Origin: an uncultured bacterium
Lineage (GTDB): Bacteria; Patescibacteriota; Minisyncoccia; Phycocordibacterales; UBA9973
NCBI GenBank assembly: GCA_937895685.1
Contig: CALBMC010000066.1
Span: 1-35,549, forward strand
Length of the DNA: 35,549 nucleotides
Direction of reading: 5' to 3'
A program made the translations under genes and the position numbers. Positions 26,595 to 34,321 of this stretch are shown one piece after another; position 1 is the first letter of the stretch, and the number at the start of each line of letters is the position of its first letter. Under the pieces are notes generated by a model. It was not told where the DNA came from. It saw nothing but the letters and a program-made list of their open reading frames with translations, and did no database searches.

Positions 26595-27104
26595 TTATTC
26601 TAACGGTTTAAAATTTTGTAAAAAAGAAAATATCTCTTGTCCAGAATTAAGAACAGAATAATTTTCATAATCTTTTTGGGAAAGACAATAAACTTTAATC
26701 CCATTTTCAATCATTGCATCAACCGTTGAATCAAACTCTATTTTGTTTGATACTTTAACTGGATTTTCAGAGGCCCATTCGTATCCATCGCCTTCGTCAA
26801 AGGCTTCATTTGGCAATTCATAAACTGCACCACCTTTATCTCTGTCTCTCAACTCTTGTTCAGTTAGTGGAAACACAGCAAAAACAACGCCTTTTATTTC
26901 GCCAGAGGAATAAGAAAAACCTCTCTCTTTACTCTTAAACATATAAGGTAATGCTTTCACAAGAGAATCTGTAGCAAAAACAAATTCTTTTTTCTCCTTG
27001 TCTTTTTGTCTTGTATTTTCTCTTGGCTCAAAAATCTCTATGTTTCTATTACCAGAACCATGATACAAAACAGGAGGTTTTTCAATTCTGTTTTCTTTTT
27101 CCAT
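26595..27104 (-). CDS. hypothetical 169-aa protein; possible minimal ADP-ribosyltransferase-fold (H-Y-E type) protein, unverified
   Basis: Its start codon shares one base with the ileS stop (TAATG, 27106-27102). Motifs are VLYHGS (13-17), EFVFATDSLVKALPY (40-54) and AVYEL (93-97). Confidence 0.6.
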   Translation of the reverse strand: MEKENRIEKPPVLYHGSGNRNIEIFEPRENTRQKDKEKKEFVFATDSLVKALPYMFKSKERGFSYSSGEIKGVVFAVFPLTEQELRDRDKGGAVYELPNEAFDEGDGYEWASENPVKVSNKIEFDSTVDAMIENGIKVYCLSQKDYENYSVLNSGQEIFSFLQNFKPLE

Positions 27105-30100
27105 TACTTTTCTATCTCAACTTTAAATCTAAAATCTTCCGGCTCATCAACAATCAATATAATTTCTCCACTTTCAGACTCAACGAAATCAACCTCTTTA
27201 GCAGAAACCATTTTCATAAACAGTTCTTCATTCTCTCTGATTAAAGCTTCACCCTTTGTGTCTGTTGAGACTGTTATTTTGACCAAATCTCTTGCATCCA
27301 TTCCGAGTTTCTTTCGAAGCTCTTGAATAGAGCGAACCAGTTCTCTGAAGTTTCCTTCTTTCTTGAGTTCTGGAGTAATTGTCGTGTCCAAGTTTATTGT
27401 TCCTTCTGGCAGTGACGCATCGTAGAACATTTCTTTAACATTAACCTCATCCAAAATTATTTCTTCATAATCTTTTCCTAAAGTCTCTCCACTAAAGTGA
27501 ACTTTTGAAAGTGGCTGACGAACTTTTACAGAAGATTTTTGTCGGGCTTCCAAAATCTTGGTAACAACATCTCTGGCTATTTCCATTTCTTTTAGCTCAT
27601 GGGCTTCTTCAAGTTCTTCAGCAAGATTATCTAGTCCTCCCCAATCAAGTAAGTGCACGCTTTCCGCCTCTTCTGGCAATTTAAGCTCTTGCCAAACAAT
27701 CTCTGACAAAAACGGCATTATTGGAGCAACTATTCTTGAGAATTCGCGAAGAACGTAAAACATTGTTACTTTTGCAAATTTGTCTCCGTCTTTCATTCTT
27801 TCTCTAGAACGACGTAAATACCAAGTAGAAATATCATCAACAAATTTTTCAACTGGACGAGAGGCTTCAACAAGATCATACTTTTCCATTCCAGACTGAA
27901 CTTCTGTTTTGAATTTATGCAAAAGAGCAACTGCCCATTTGTCCAAAACATTTTCTAACGAATGTGCATCAAACTCTGTCCCTTCAACAGAAGGATCTCT
28001 GTACAAATTATAGAACTGAAGAACGTTCAATGTTTTCTGACAAACACCTTTATATATTCTATCTACTGCCTTTTCATCAAAGTTTGCATCTTCACCTTTC
28101 ATTAGAGGACTCGACATAAGGTATAGACGAAGTGGATCAACTCCATATTTATCAAACAATATCCATGGATCTGGGAAATTTCCTTTTGACTTAGACATTT
28201 TCTGACCATCGGAGGCAAGGAGAGTTCCAGTGGTTACAACATTCTTAAATGGCGCACGGCCAAAGAGAATAGTTGAGATTGTGTGCATGTAGTAGAACCA
28301 GGTTCGTGTCTGTGCCACATATTCAACTACGAAATCAGCTGGGAACTTTTCTTTTTTCCAAGATTCATTTTCAAAAGGATAGTGTTCCTCCGCAAAAGGC
28401 ATAGAACCAGATTCGAACCAGCAATCAATAACTTCTGGAATTCTCTTGTATTCATTTCCTTCTTCATCTTCCAAAACTATTTCATCAATGTAAGGTCGAT
28501 GTAAATCAAGTTCGAAATTATCATTGTGAGGAAGTGGAACGAAGTCTAGCTTCTTAACCATTCCGTTTTCAAAATATGTAAACCCTATATTTTCTTGAAT
28601 CATCTCCAGTGCCTCTTCCCCGTTCAATCCATAAGCACCAGAAGTCATAGCCCAAAGTGGTCCTCCATGAGAAACTATCAAAAACTTTTTTCCAGAATAT
28701 GTTTTTTCAAGATCATACAAAACAGCTGTCATTCTCTTTTTTACATCAGCGGGACTTTCATCTCCGTTATCGTATTCCTTATAGAAATTTTCTACTGTCT
28801 TTGGGTGCTCCTTAAGAAATTCATCCCAAGTGCGCCCTTCCCAAGAATGAGCTCCAAATTCTCCAAGTCTCTCGTCTACTATTATCTGTGCATCTCGAAG
28901 AACTAAAATGTCTTTTACAATTTCAGCTGTCTCCTTTGCACGAATAAAGTTCGATGTGATTATAAAATCTGGCACAAAATCCAAGTTCTTAGCAGAATCC
29001 TCAACTTGAATTTTTCCTTCTTTTGTAAGATTGAAAGGTGATTTTGCGTTTGTACAAACAAGCCCTCTAATGTTTCCTTCAGTCTCACCGTGGCGCATAA
29101 GATAATATTCGTTCCCTGACTTTTTTGTTTTTTCTCGAAGATCTGTAATTGAAGAGATGAAAATAACCTTTCCGTCTTTTGATTTCCAGAATGGAAGAGG
29201 GCTCGCCCAATATCTATTTCGAGAAATGGTCCAATCAGGAGCTGTATCTAAAACCGCAGGGAATCTTCCCTCTTTCAAGTGTGCAGGTATCCAATTTATA
29301 TTTTTAGATTCTTCTTTAACTTGTTCTTTTATTTTCTGAATTGCCACAAACCAAGAAGGTAGAGCGTAATAAAGAAGTGGTGTATCACAGCGATAACAAT
29401 GTGGGTATGAGTGAATTATTTTTTCTTTTGCAAAAAGTGCTCCTGTTCCGGCTAAATACTTAATTATCAAAATATCAGAAGCTTGATGATCTTCTTTTGG
29501 TTTTACTTTTACTCCAACGAAATCTTTTACTTCATCTACAAAAGTTCCATCCGGATTAACGTGACGAATAAACGGAATATTGTGCTTATTTGCCAAATTC
29601 ATATCATCTTCTCCAAAAGCCGGAGCTTCGTGAGCAATTCCAGTTCCGGTGTCGGCAGTTACAAAATCAGCATGCCAAACTCTCCAAATATTTTGTTTAT
29701 TTGGCATATCAATATCTTTATAATAATCAAATGGAGGTTTATAGGCTTTTCCTATCAATTCTTCACCAAGAAATTCACCAACAACTTCATATTCCTTGTC
29801 TTTCAAAACAGTCGCAACTCTATCACGTGCAATTATTAAAACATCTTCTCCAACTTTAACTTTCTGATAGGTTAGTTTTTCATTTATCGCAATAGCAGTA
29901 TCTCCCGGCAAACTCCATGGTGTTGTAGTCCAAGCCAAAAGATAAGTCCCCGGTTCATCAATAAGTTCAAATTTCACATAAACAGATATGTCTGTTATGT
30001 CCTTATAGCTGTTGTCCATTGCAATCTCAGAGTTTGCAATCGGAGTCTCACAACGAGGACAATATGGCAGAACTCTAACACCCTCATAAAGAAGATCCTT

Positions 30101-30625
30101 TTTTGCAAGCTCAGATAAAGCCCACCAAACACTTTCAATGAAAGTGTTGTCCATTGTTTTGTATCCATTATCAAAATCAACCCATCTTCCAAGTCTCTCA
30201 ATTGTTCCCTTCCATTCTTCTGTATATCCGAGAACTTTACTTCTTGCATGTTCAACAAAGTTCTTAACACCAAGCTTTTCTATCTGATGTCTTCCGGAAA
30301 CACCAAGGTCTTTTTCAACTATATTTTCAATTGGTAACCCATGACAATCCCAACCCCATCTTCGGTCAACATGGAATCCGCGCATTGTTTTATACCGAGC
30401 AATAGCATCTTTGGCGGTAGATCCAAGCAAGTGTCCGTAGTGCGGAAGACCGGTAGCAAAAGGTGGTCCATCATAAAATATTTCATCCCCTTCAGCAGAT
30501 TCTTTATTCAAACTTTTTTCAAAAATATTTTTTTCCTTCCACAGTTTTAGAGCGCTTTCTTCAAGTGAAGCGTAATCTGATTTAAATCTAAAATTATCAG
30601 TTTTTTCTTCTTTGGGTTTATCCAT
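27104..30625 (-). CDS. ileS: isoleucyl-tRNA synthetase (eukaryote/Thermus-like type) carrying an internal histidine-phosphatase domain
   Basis: Motifs are PHYGH (61-65), the editing motifs TTTPWSLP and TGTGIAHEAP, DWTISRNRYW (464-473), DCWFESGSMPF (734-744) and KMSKS (809-813). Confidence 0.95.
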   Translation of the reverse strand: MDKPKEEKTDNFRFKSDYASLEESALKLWKEKNIFEKSLNKESAEGDEIFYDGPPFATGLPHYGHLLGSTAKDAIARYKTMRGFHVDRRWGWDCHGLPIENIVEKDLGVSGRHQIEKLGVKNFVEHARSKVLGYTEEWKGTIERLGRWVDFDNGYKTMDNTFIESVWWALSELAKKDLLYEGVRVLPYCPRCETPIANSEIAMDNSYKDITDISVYVKFELIDEPGTYLLAWTTTPWSLPGDTAIAINEKLTYQKVKVGEDVLIIARDRVATVLKDKEYEVVGEFLGEELIGKAYKPPFDYYKDIDMPNKQNIWRVWHADFVTADTGTGIAHEAPAFGEDDMNLANKHNIPFIRHVNPDGTFVDEVKDFVGVKVKPKEDHQASDILIIKYLAGTGALFAKEKIIHSYPHCYRCDTPLLYYALPSWFVAIQKIKEQVKEESKNINWIPAHLKEGRFPAVLDTAPDWTISRNRYWASPLPFWKSKDGKVIFISSITDLREKTKKSGNEYYLMRHGETEGNIRGLVCTNAKSPFNLTKEGKIQVEDSAKNLDFVPDFIITSNFIRAKETAEIVKDILVLRDAQIIVDERLGEFGAHSWEGRTWDEFLKEHPKTVENFYKEYDNGDESPADVKKRMTAVLYDLEKTYSGKKFLIVSHGGPLWAMTSGAYGLNGEEALEMIQENIGFTYFENGMVKKLDFVPLPHNDNFELDLHRPYIDEIVLEDEEGNEYKRIPEVIDCWFESGSMPFAEEHYPFENESWKKEKFPADFVVEYVAQTRTWFYYMHTISTILFGRAPFKNVVTTGTLLASDGQKMSKSKGNFPDPWILFDKYGVDPLRLYLMSSPLMKGEDANFDEKAVDRIYKGVCQKTLNVLQFYNLYRDPSVEGTEFDAHSLENVLDKWAVALLHKFKTEVQSGMEKYDLVEASRPVEKFVDDISTWYLRRSRERMKDGDKFAKVTMFYVLREFSRIVAPIMPFLSEIVWQELKLPEEAESVHLLDWGGLDNLAEELEEAHELKEMEIARDVVTKILEARQKSSVKVRQPLSKVHFSGETLGKDYEEIILDEVNVKEMFYDASLPEGTINLDTTITPELKKEGNFRELVRSIQELRKKLGMDARDLVKITVSTDTKGEALIRENEELFMKMVSAKEVDFVESESGEIILIVDEPEDFRFKVEIEK
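28526..29110 (-). other. histidine phosphatase superfamily (PGAM/CobC-like) domain inserted within IleRS (about residues 506-700)
   Basis: The domain contains LMRHGETEGN (R511/H512), FIRAKETAEIV (R562), DERLGEFGAHSWEGRTW (E585) and LIVSHGGPL (H653). It is in frame with IleRS on both sides. Confidence 0.75.
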
Positions 30626-30662
30626 ATAAGTACTTTAATATTATCAGCTTGGTCTTTAAACT

Positions 30663-30715
30663 AAAAATGCCCCTCGGGAGGGCAACGATAAAAAATCGGG
30701 TTCCTCCCTAATAAA
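30663..30715 (-). promoter_or_regulatory. T-box-like antiterminator/terminator switch in the ileS leader
   Basis: The minus strand reads UUUAUUAGGGAGGAACCCGAUUUUUUAUCGUUGCCCUCCCGAGGGGCAUUUUU. AGGGAGGAACC resembles the T-box core AGGGUGGNACC. GGGAGG can pair with CCUCCC, which is also the 5' half of the terminator stem GCCCU/GGGGC followed by U5. Confidence 0.4.
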
Positions 30716-30776
30716 GCGGGCGAATAATAATTGAATTATTGATAACCTGATTCATAAGATGAGTCTAACACTTTTG

Positions 30777-30823
30777 GCCAAAAAACAAAAACCTCACAGC
30801 AACCAAATGGTCGACGTGAGGGT
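30777..30823 (-). terminator. hairpin plus U-run terminator after the 77-aa ORF
   Basis: The stem ACCTCAC/GTGAGGG(T) (30791-30797 / 30816-30823) has an inner ACCA/TGGT pairing. On the minus strand it is followed by TTTTTGTTTTTT. Confidence 0.55.
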
Positions 30824-30832
30824 GTGCCCGGC

Positions 30833-31066
30833 CTAAGCGGGGGTATTTGCTAATTTATGAGCCAGATCGGGTCTGGCTTCAGAAAAGTTTTGAATAGTTT
30901 CAGCTGGAATATTCGCCTTGGCTTTCTGGGCCTTAGCAAGCATGGCATTCCACTGTTTCTCAACTTCCTTATCTTTTTTTGTTTTGTTGCTCAAAAGCAA
31001 ACAAAATAATCTGTGCGCAACTTCAAAGTGCGTCTTGTTCGGATTTACGGCATTGTTACTACTCAT
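30833..31066 (-). CDS. small hypothetical protein (77 aa, Lys/Ala-rich, predicted helical)
   Basis: It is on the same strand as the 274-aa ORF, 70 nt downstream of it, and has its own terminator. No family recognised, and coding status is moderately uncertain. Confidence 0.45.
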   Translation of the reverse strand: MSSNNAVNPNKTHFEVAHRLFCLLLSNKTKKDKEVEKQWNAMLAKAQKAKANIPAETIQNFSEARPDLAHKLANTPA

Positions 31067-31136
31067 AAAATATTCTTTTTTGGTTTCCTATGTTTATACC
31101 ACATATTCAGATTTTTGCAACAAAAAAGGCCCCTAC

Positions 31137-31961
31137 TCAAAAGTGGCCAATATTCTCTACCGTATTTATGATTACACCATTCTCGTCTTCAATGTGGAGC
31201 TGGCACTCGATACCAACTTTATTTTCAAAGGTTGCCCCACCGGACTTTTCCCAACCTTCGAACATACAAATAGAATCGATATATCCCGAACGGATAATTC
31301 GTCCGAAAAAATTTTGGAAAATTGTTTCAGTTGAAAATCCGGATGCAATTAACTTCTCAATAAACCGGTCAAAAGGTAGCTGGTCGAAAACCAAATGATT
31401 TTTTGAAAATTCATGAAGCTTTTTAAAAAATATTTTCAAATTTTCATTACGATAACTACCATCTTCAGTACCATTGCGAAGCGGACCAGAACAAAACCAC
31501 ACTTTTTGATCAACAGCAGGTGAAGTCGGCACCGAGGCCATCTTTAATACCTGTATTCTTCCCTTTGCGAGAGAATTTATTTTCTCTAAAATTCGCAAAG
31601 CAATTTTAAAAGCCTCTTCAAGGCCTTCGGAATTAAGGGGCAGACTTTCAACTGCCTCAATATCTTTGTGCGACCAATATTCATGTCGCATGAAATATTG
31701 GCTGAAGTATGGCCAGTATCCGGCCTTTCTCATCTCTTCTAAAACATTATACTCATCCCTTTCTTTTTCTCCGAGTTTAATAAACTCTATTTTTCGATTG
31801 TTTCCATTTGAGAAAAACAAAGCAGCGCGAAGGTCGATTGTGAAGTCTCCTTCTTCTTTAAAAAGTTTGAACTCGGGATGCATTGATGGTTTTGCTTCTA
31901 TTGCAACTTTCCAGGCTAATTCTCTGAGCTTTTGCTCATTTTCTTTGATTGTTAGGAACAT
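31137..31961 (-). CDS. hypothetical fusion protein: unknown N-terminal domain (about 1-150) plus a C-terminal DUF4406 / nucleoside 2-deoxyribosyltransferase-like domain (about 152-258)
   Basis: The C-terminal half reads KVWFCSGPLRNG...N...F and IDSICMFEGWEKSGGATFENKVGIECQLHI. This matches the DUF4406 pattern as I remember it: (V/I)Y(I/L)AGP..G near the start of the domain and L.GWE.S.GA..E near its end. Confidence 0.65.
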   Translation of the reverse strand: MFLTIKENEQKLRELAWKVAIEAKPSMHPEFKLFKEEGDFTIDLRAALFFSNGNNRKIEFIKLGEKERDEYNVLEEMRKAGYWPYFSQYFMRHEYWSHKDIEAVESLPLNSEGLEEAFKIALRILEKINSLAKGRIQVLKMASVPTSPAVDQKVWFCSGPLRNGTEDGSYRNENLKIFFKKLHEFSKNHLVFDQLPFDRFIEKLIASGFSTETIFQNFFGRIIRSGYIDSICMFEGWEKSGGATFENKVGIECQLHIEDENGVIINTVENIGHF

Positions 31962-32008
31962 AGATTTTAATTTTTCTTTACTCTAACACGAAAATCAGAA
32001 AAATCAAA

Positions 32009-33688
32009 CTACATCTTTTCAGGCACTTCTATTCCGAGAATATTGAGTCCGTTAGTTAAAACAATTTTTGTAGCCAAAGTTAGGGCAAGATTGTATTTTG
32101 CTTCACTATTTTCTAAATCAAGAATTTTAGTAGACCCATACCAACTATTGAAAGTTTGAGACAAGTTGAGCAGATAAGTAGAGATGTGATGTGGAGCCCA
32201 CTCCTCTATTGCAAGGGATACAACTTTTGGAAATCTAGAAATCATTTTTTCTAATTCACCAGTCTCTGTATCTGTTTGAATAATTTCAGGTTCAAGGCCA
32301 GCTTCCTTTGCTTTCATTAAAACAGAATTAGCTCTAACGGCAGTATATTGAAGATATGGGCCTGAGTCTCCTTCGAAAGAAAGTGAGGTATCTGGATCAA
32401 AGTTTATATCTTTACCCGCCATTGATTTTAAAATTGAAAATTTCAAAGAAGCGATCGCCACTCTATCAGCGGTCTCAACGTCTAATTCTGAAGACTTTTC
32501 TTTCACTTCGGCCAAAACAACATCAAGAACATCAGTTGCAAGCGGAACTCCACCAAGTCGTGAAGACATCTTTTGTCCTTTGAAACTCATTCTTCCGTGA
32601 GTTCGATGAACTGTTTTTTCTTTCCAGTCTTTATTTATTTCACTAACCGCTTCTAAGACAACACTGTAGTATGGCGCCTGTTGGTTATCAGTTATTAGAA
32701 TTGAAATATCTGGAGAAAATCTTTCGAATTTAAGGAAAAGAAGACCGATATCTTTTGCTTCATAGGTTGGAAATCCTTCTTTGTTAATGAAAACTCTAGT
32801 GTGTAATCCCTTCTCTTCTCCTTTGAAAATAATAGCTCCTTCACTTTCTTCAAAGACTTTGCCGATGTTTTCTCGAACAATTCTCTCTCCTTGTTCACCT
32901 GCCTCACTTTCAAAAATAAAATCTTCGAATTCTGAGCCAAGTCTTTTTGTTATATCTTTGAAATAAGAAAGATTTATTTCTTTACATTTATTGTAAAGAT
33001 CAAGAATCTCTCCAGGTGTCTTCTCGTACAAAACTTTTGTTATTTCTTTTACTTTTTGAACTACACTTTCATCCTCGTCGTACAGCTTTGTCCCTCGAAC
33101 ATAACAATCTCCTAAGTATGTAAGCTTTTCTCTTAGTGTAGGAAATGAATCGAGCTTTCCCTCTCCATCCTCAATTAAGATAAATAAAGCTTTCCCAATC
33201 CCTAAAGAAACATCAGATGGATAAGAAATTTCTGTAACGCTAGCACCAGAGAATTTAGCAAGTCTCGAGATTGCTTCCCCTATTGTGTTATTCATCACAT
33301 GTCCAATATGAAATGGCTTAAATAGATTTGGACTTGAATGTTCAACTAGTATTTTTTTATTTTTATGTTTTTCTGAAATTCCATAATTTTCCTTTTGCTC
33401 CAAAACATTTTTTATTTCACTAGAAAAATATTCTTTTGATAAAAAGAAGTTTATGAACCCAGGTTGCACCGCTTCTACTTTAGAGAGATATTCTGGTTTT
33501 ATTTTTTCTATTTCGGATACAATCTTTTGAGCTAAATCAAGCGGTTTTTCTCCTTCTCTTTTGGCCAAAACCATGGCGACACTAGTCGAAAAATCTCCGT
33601 TTTTATAATCTTGCGGAAACTCTATCTTCGGTTCTATGTCATCTATTTTAACAGCAGATTTTATTAGCTCTTTCAGCTTTTCTTCCAT
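32009..33688 (-). CDS. argS: arginyl-tRNA synthetase
   Basis: The HIGH motif is SSPNLFKPFHIGHVMN, the MSxR motif is KMSSRLG, and the DALR anticodon-binding C-terminus ends in M. Confidence 0.95.
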   Translation of the reverse strand: MEEKLKELIKSAVKIDDIEPKIEFPQDYKNGDFSTSVAMVLAKREGEKPLDLAQKIVSEIEKIKPEYLSKVEAVQPGFINFFLSKEYFSSEIKNVLEQKENYGISEKHKNKKILVEHSSPNLFKPFHIGHVMNNTIGEAISRLAKFSGASVTEISYPSDVSLGIGKALFILIEDGEGKLDSFPTLREKLTYLGDCYVRGTKLYDEDESVVQKVKEITKVLYEKTPGEILDLYNKCKEINLSYFKDITKRLGSEFEDFIFESEAGEQGERIVRENIGKVFEESEGAIIFKGEEKGLHTRVFINKEGFPTYEAKDIGLLFLKFERFSPDISILITDNQQAPYYSVVLEAVSEINKDWKEKTVHRTHGRMSFKGQKMSSRLGGVPLATDVLDVVLAEVKEKSSELDVETADRVAIASLKFSILKSMAGKDINFDPDTSLSFEGDSGPYLQYTAVRANSVLMKAKEAGLEPEIIQTDTETGELEKMISRFPKVVSLAIEEWAPHHISTYLLNLSQTFNSWYGSTKILDLENSEAKYNLALTLATKIVLTNGLNILGIEVPEKM

Positions 33689-33702
33689 AAAAAAGATTTT
33701 AA

Positions 33703-33733
33703 CACAAAAACACAGAACCCCACTTTCGTGGGG
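33703..33733 (-). terminator. rho-independent terminator after rplK
   Basis: The stem CCCCAC/GTGGGG has a GAAA loop on the minus strand and is followed by TTCTGTGTTTTTGTGTT. It lies 6 nt after the rplK stop. Confidence 0.65.
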
Positions 33734-33739
33734 CTTTGA

Positions 33740-34165
33740 TTAGTCTACGATTTGGATTCCTGCTTGTCTTGCACTTCCAGCAACGATTTTCATCGCAGCT
33801 TCAATGTCGTTGGCATTTAGGTCAGGCATCTTTCTCTCGGCGATCTCTTTTAGTTGAGCTTTTGTAATCTTTCCAGCCTTGCTTGTGTTTGGCTTTCCTG
33901 ATCCTTTAGCTACACCTGCAGCCTTGAACAAAAGGCTTGATACTGGGGGAGTTTTGATTACGAAATCATAACTTCTATCCTCATAAACACTGATTAGAGT
34001 TGAAACAATATCCCCTCTCATCTCGTTTGTTGCAGCATTGAACTTTGAAACGAAATCTCCAATGTTGATTCCCGCTTGTCCAAGTGCTGGTCCAATAGGT
34101 GGCGCTGGGTTTGCGGCTCCTCCTGGGATTTGCAGTTTTAGTTGTTTAATTACTTTTTTAGCCAT
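33740..34165 (-). CDS. rplK: 50S ribosomal protein L11
   Basis: Matches are [28 protein letters not shown] and [10 protein letters not shown]. Confidence 0.95.
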   Translation of the reverse strand: MAKKVIKQLKLQIPGGAANPAPPIGPALGQAGINIGDFVSKFNAATNEMRGDIVSTLISVYEDRSYDFVIKTPPVSSLLFKAAGVAKGSGKPNTSKAGKITKAQLKEIAERKMPDLNANDIEAAMKIVAGSARQAGIQIVD

Positions 34166-34296
34166 AGTTTAGTTTAAATTTATAGTTTCAAGTTTTTAAA
34201 GGGAACAAGAAACCCTTGAAGCTTTCCCGAACTAAATCGGGGCGTAACGGAATCAGATTAACAGAAAAGTGACTATTTGTCTATTTCTGTAATTTA

Positions 34297-34321
34297 AGAC
34301 TTTTCTACCCCCGAAAAGACT
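34297..34321 (-). terminator. weak hairpin after nusG (possible attenuator or terminator)
   Basis: The stem CTTTTC/GAAAAG has two outer pairs and a 7-nt loop. There is no clean U-tract. Confidence 0.3.

Noticed and set aside
28526-29110. The possibility that the phosphatase segment in ileS is a separate gene or an assembly chimera.
   Set aside because: There is no stop codon or frame shift on either side. The flanking residues are consecutive IleRS motifs in the correct order, and codon and GC style match the rest of the gene. It is therefore treated as a genuine in-frame domain insertion, pending read-mapping confirmation.
30918-31398. Plus-strand ORFs (138 and 102 aa) spanning the orf77/orf274 junction.
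   Set aside because: They overlap two co-oriented minus-strand ORFs, one of which has a recognisable DUF4406-like domain. The plus-strand translations are Phe/Leu/Ser-rich AT-skew artefacts without start signals.
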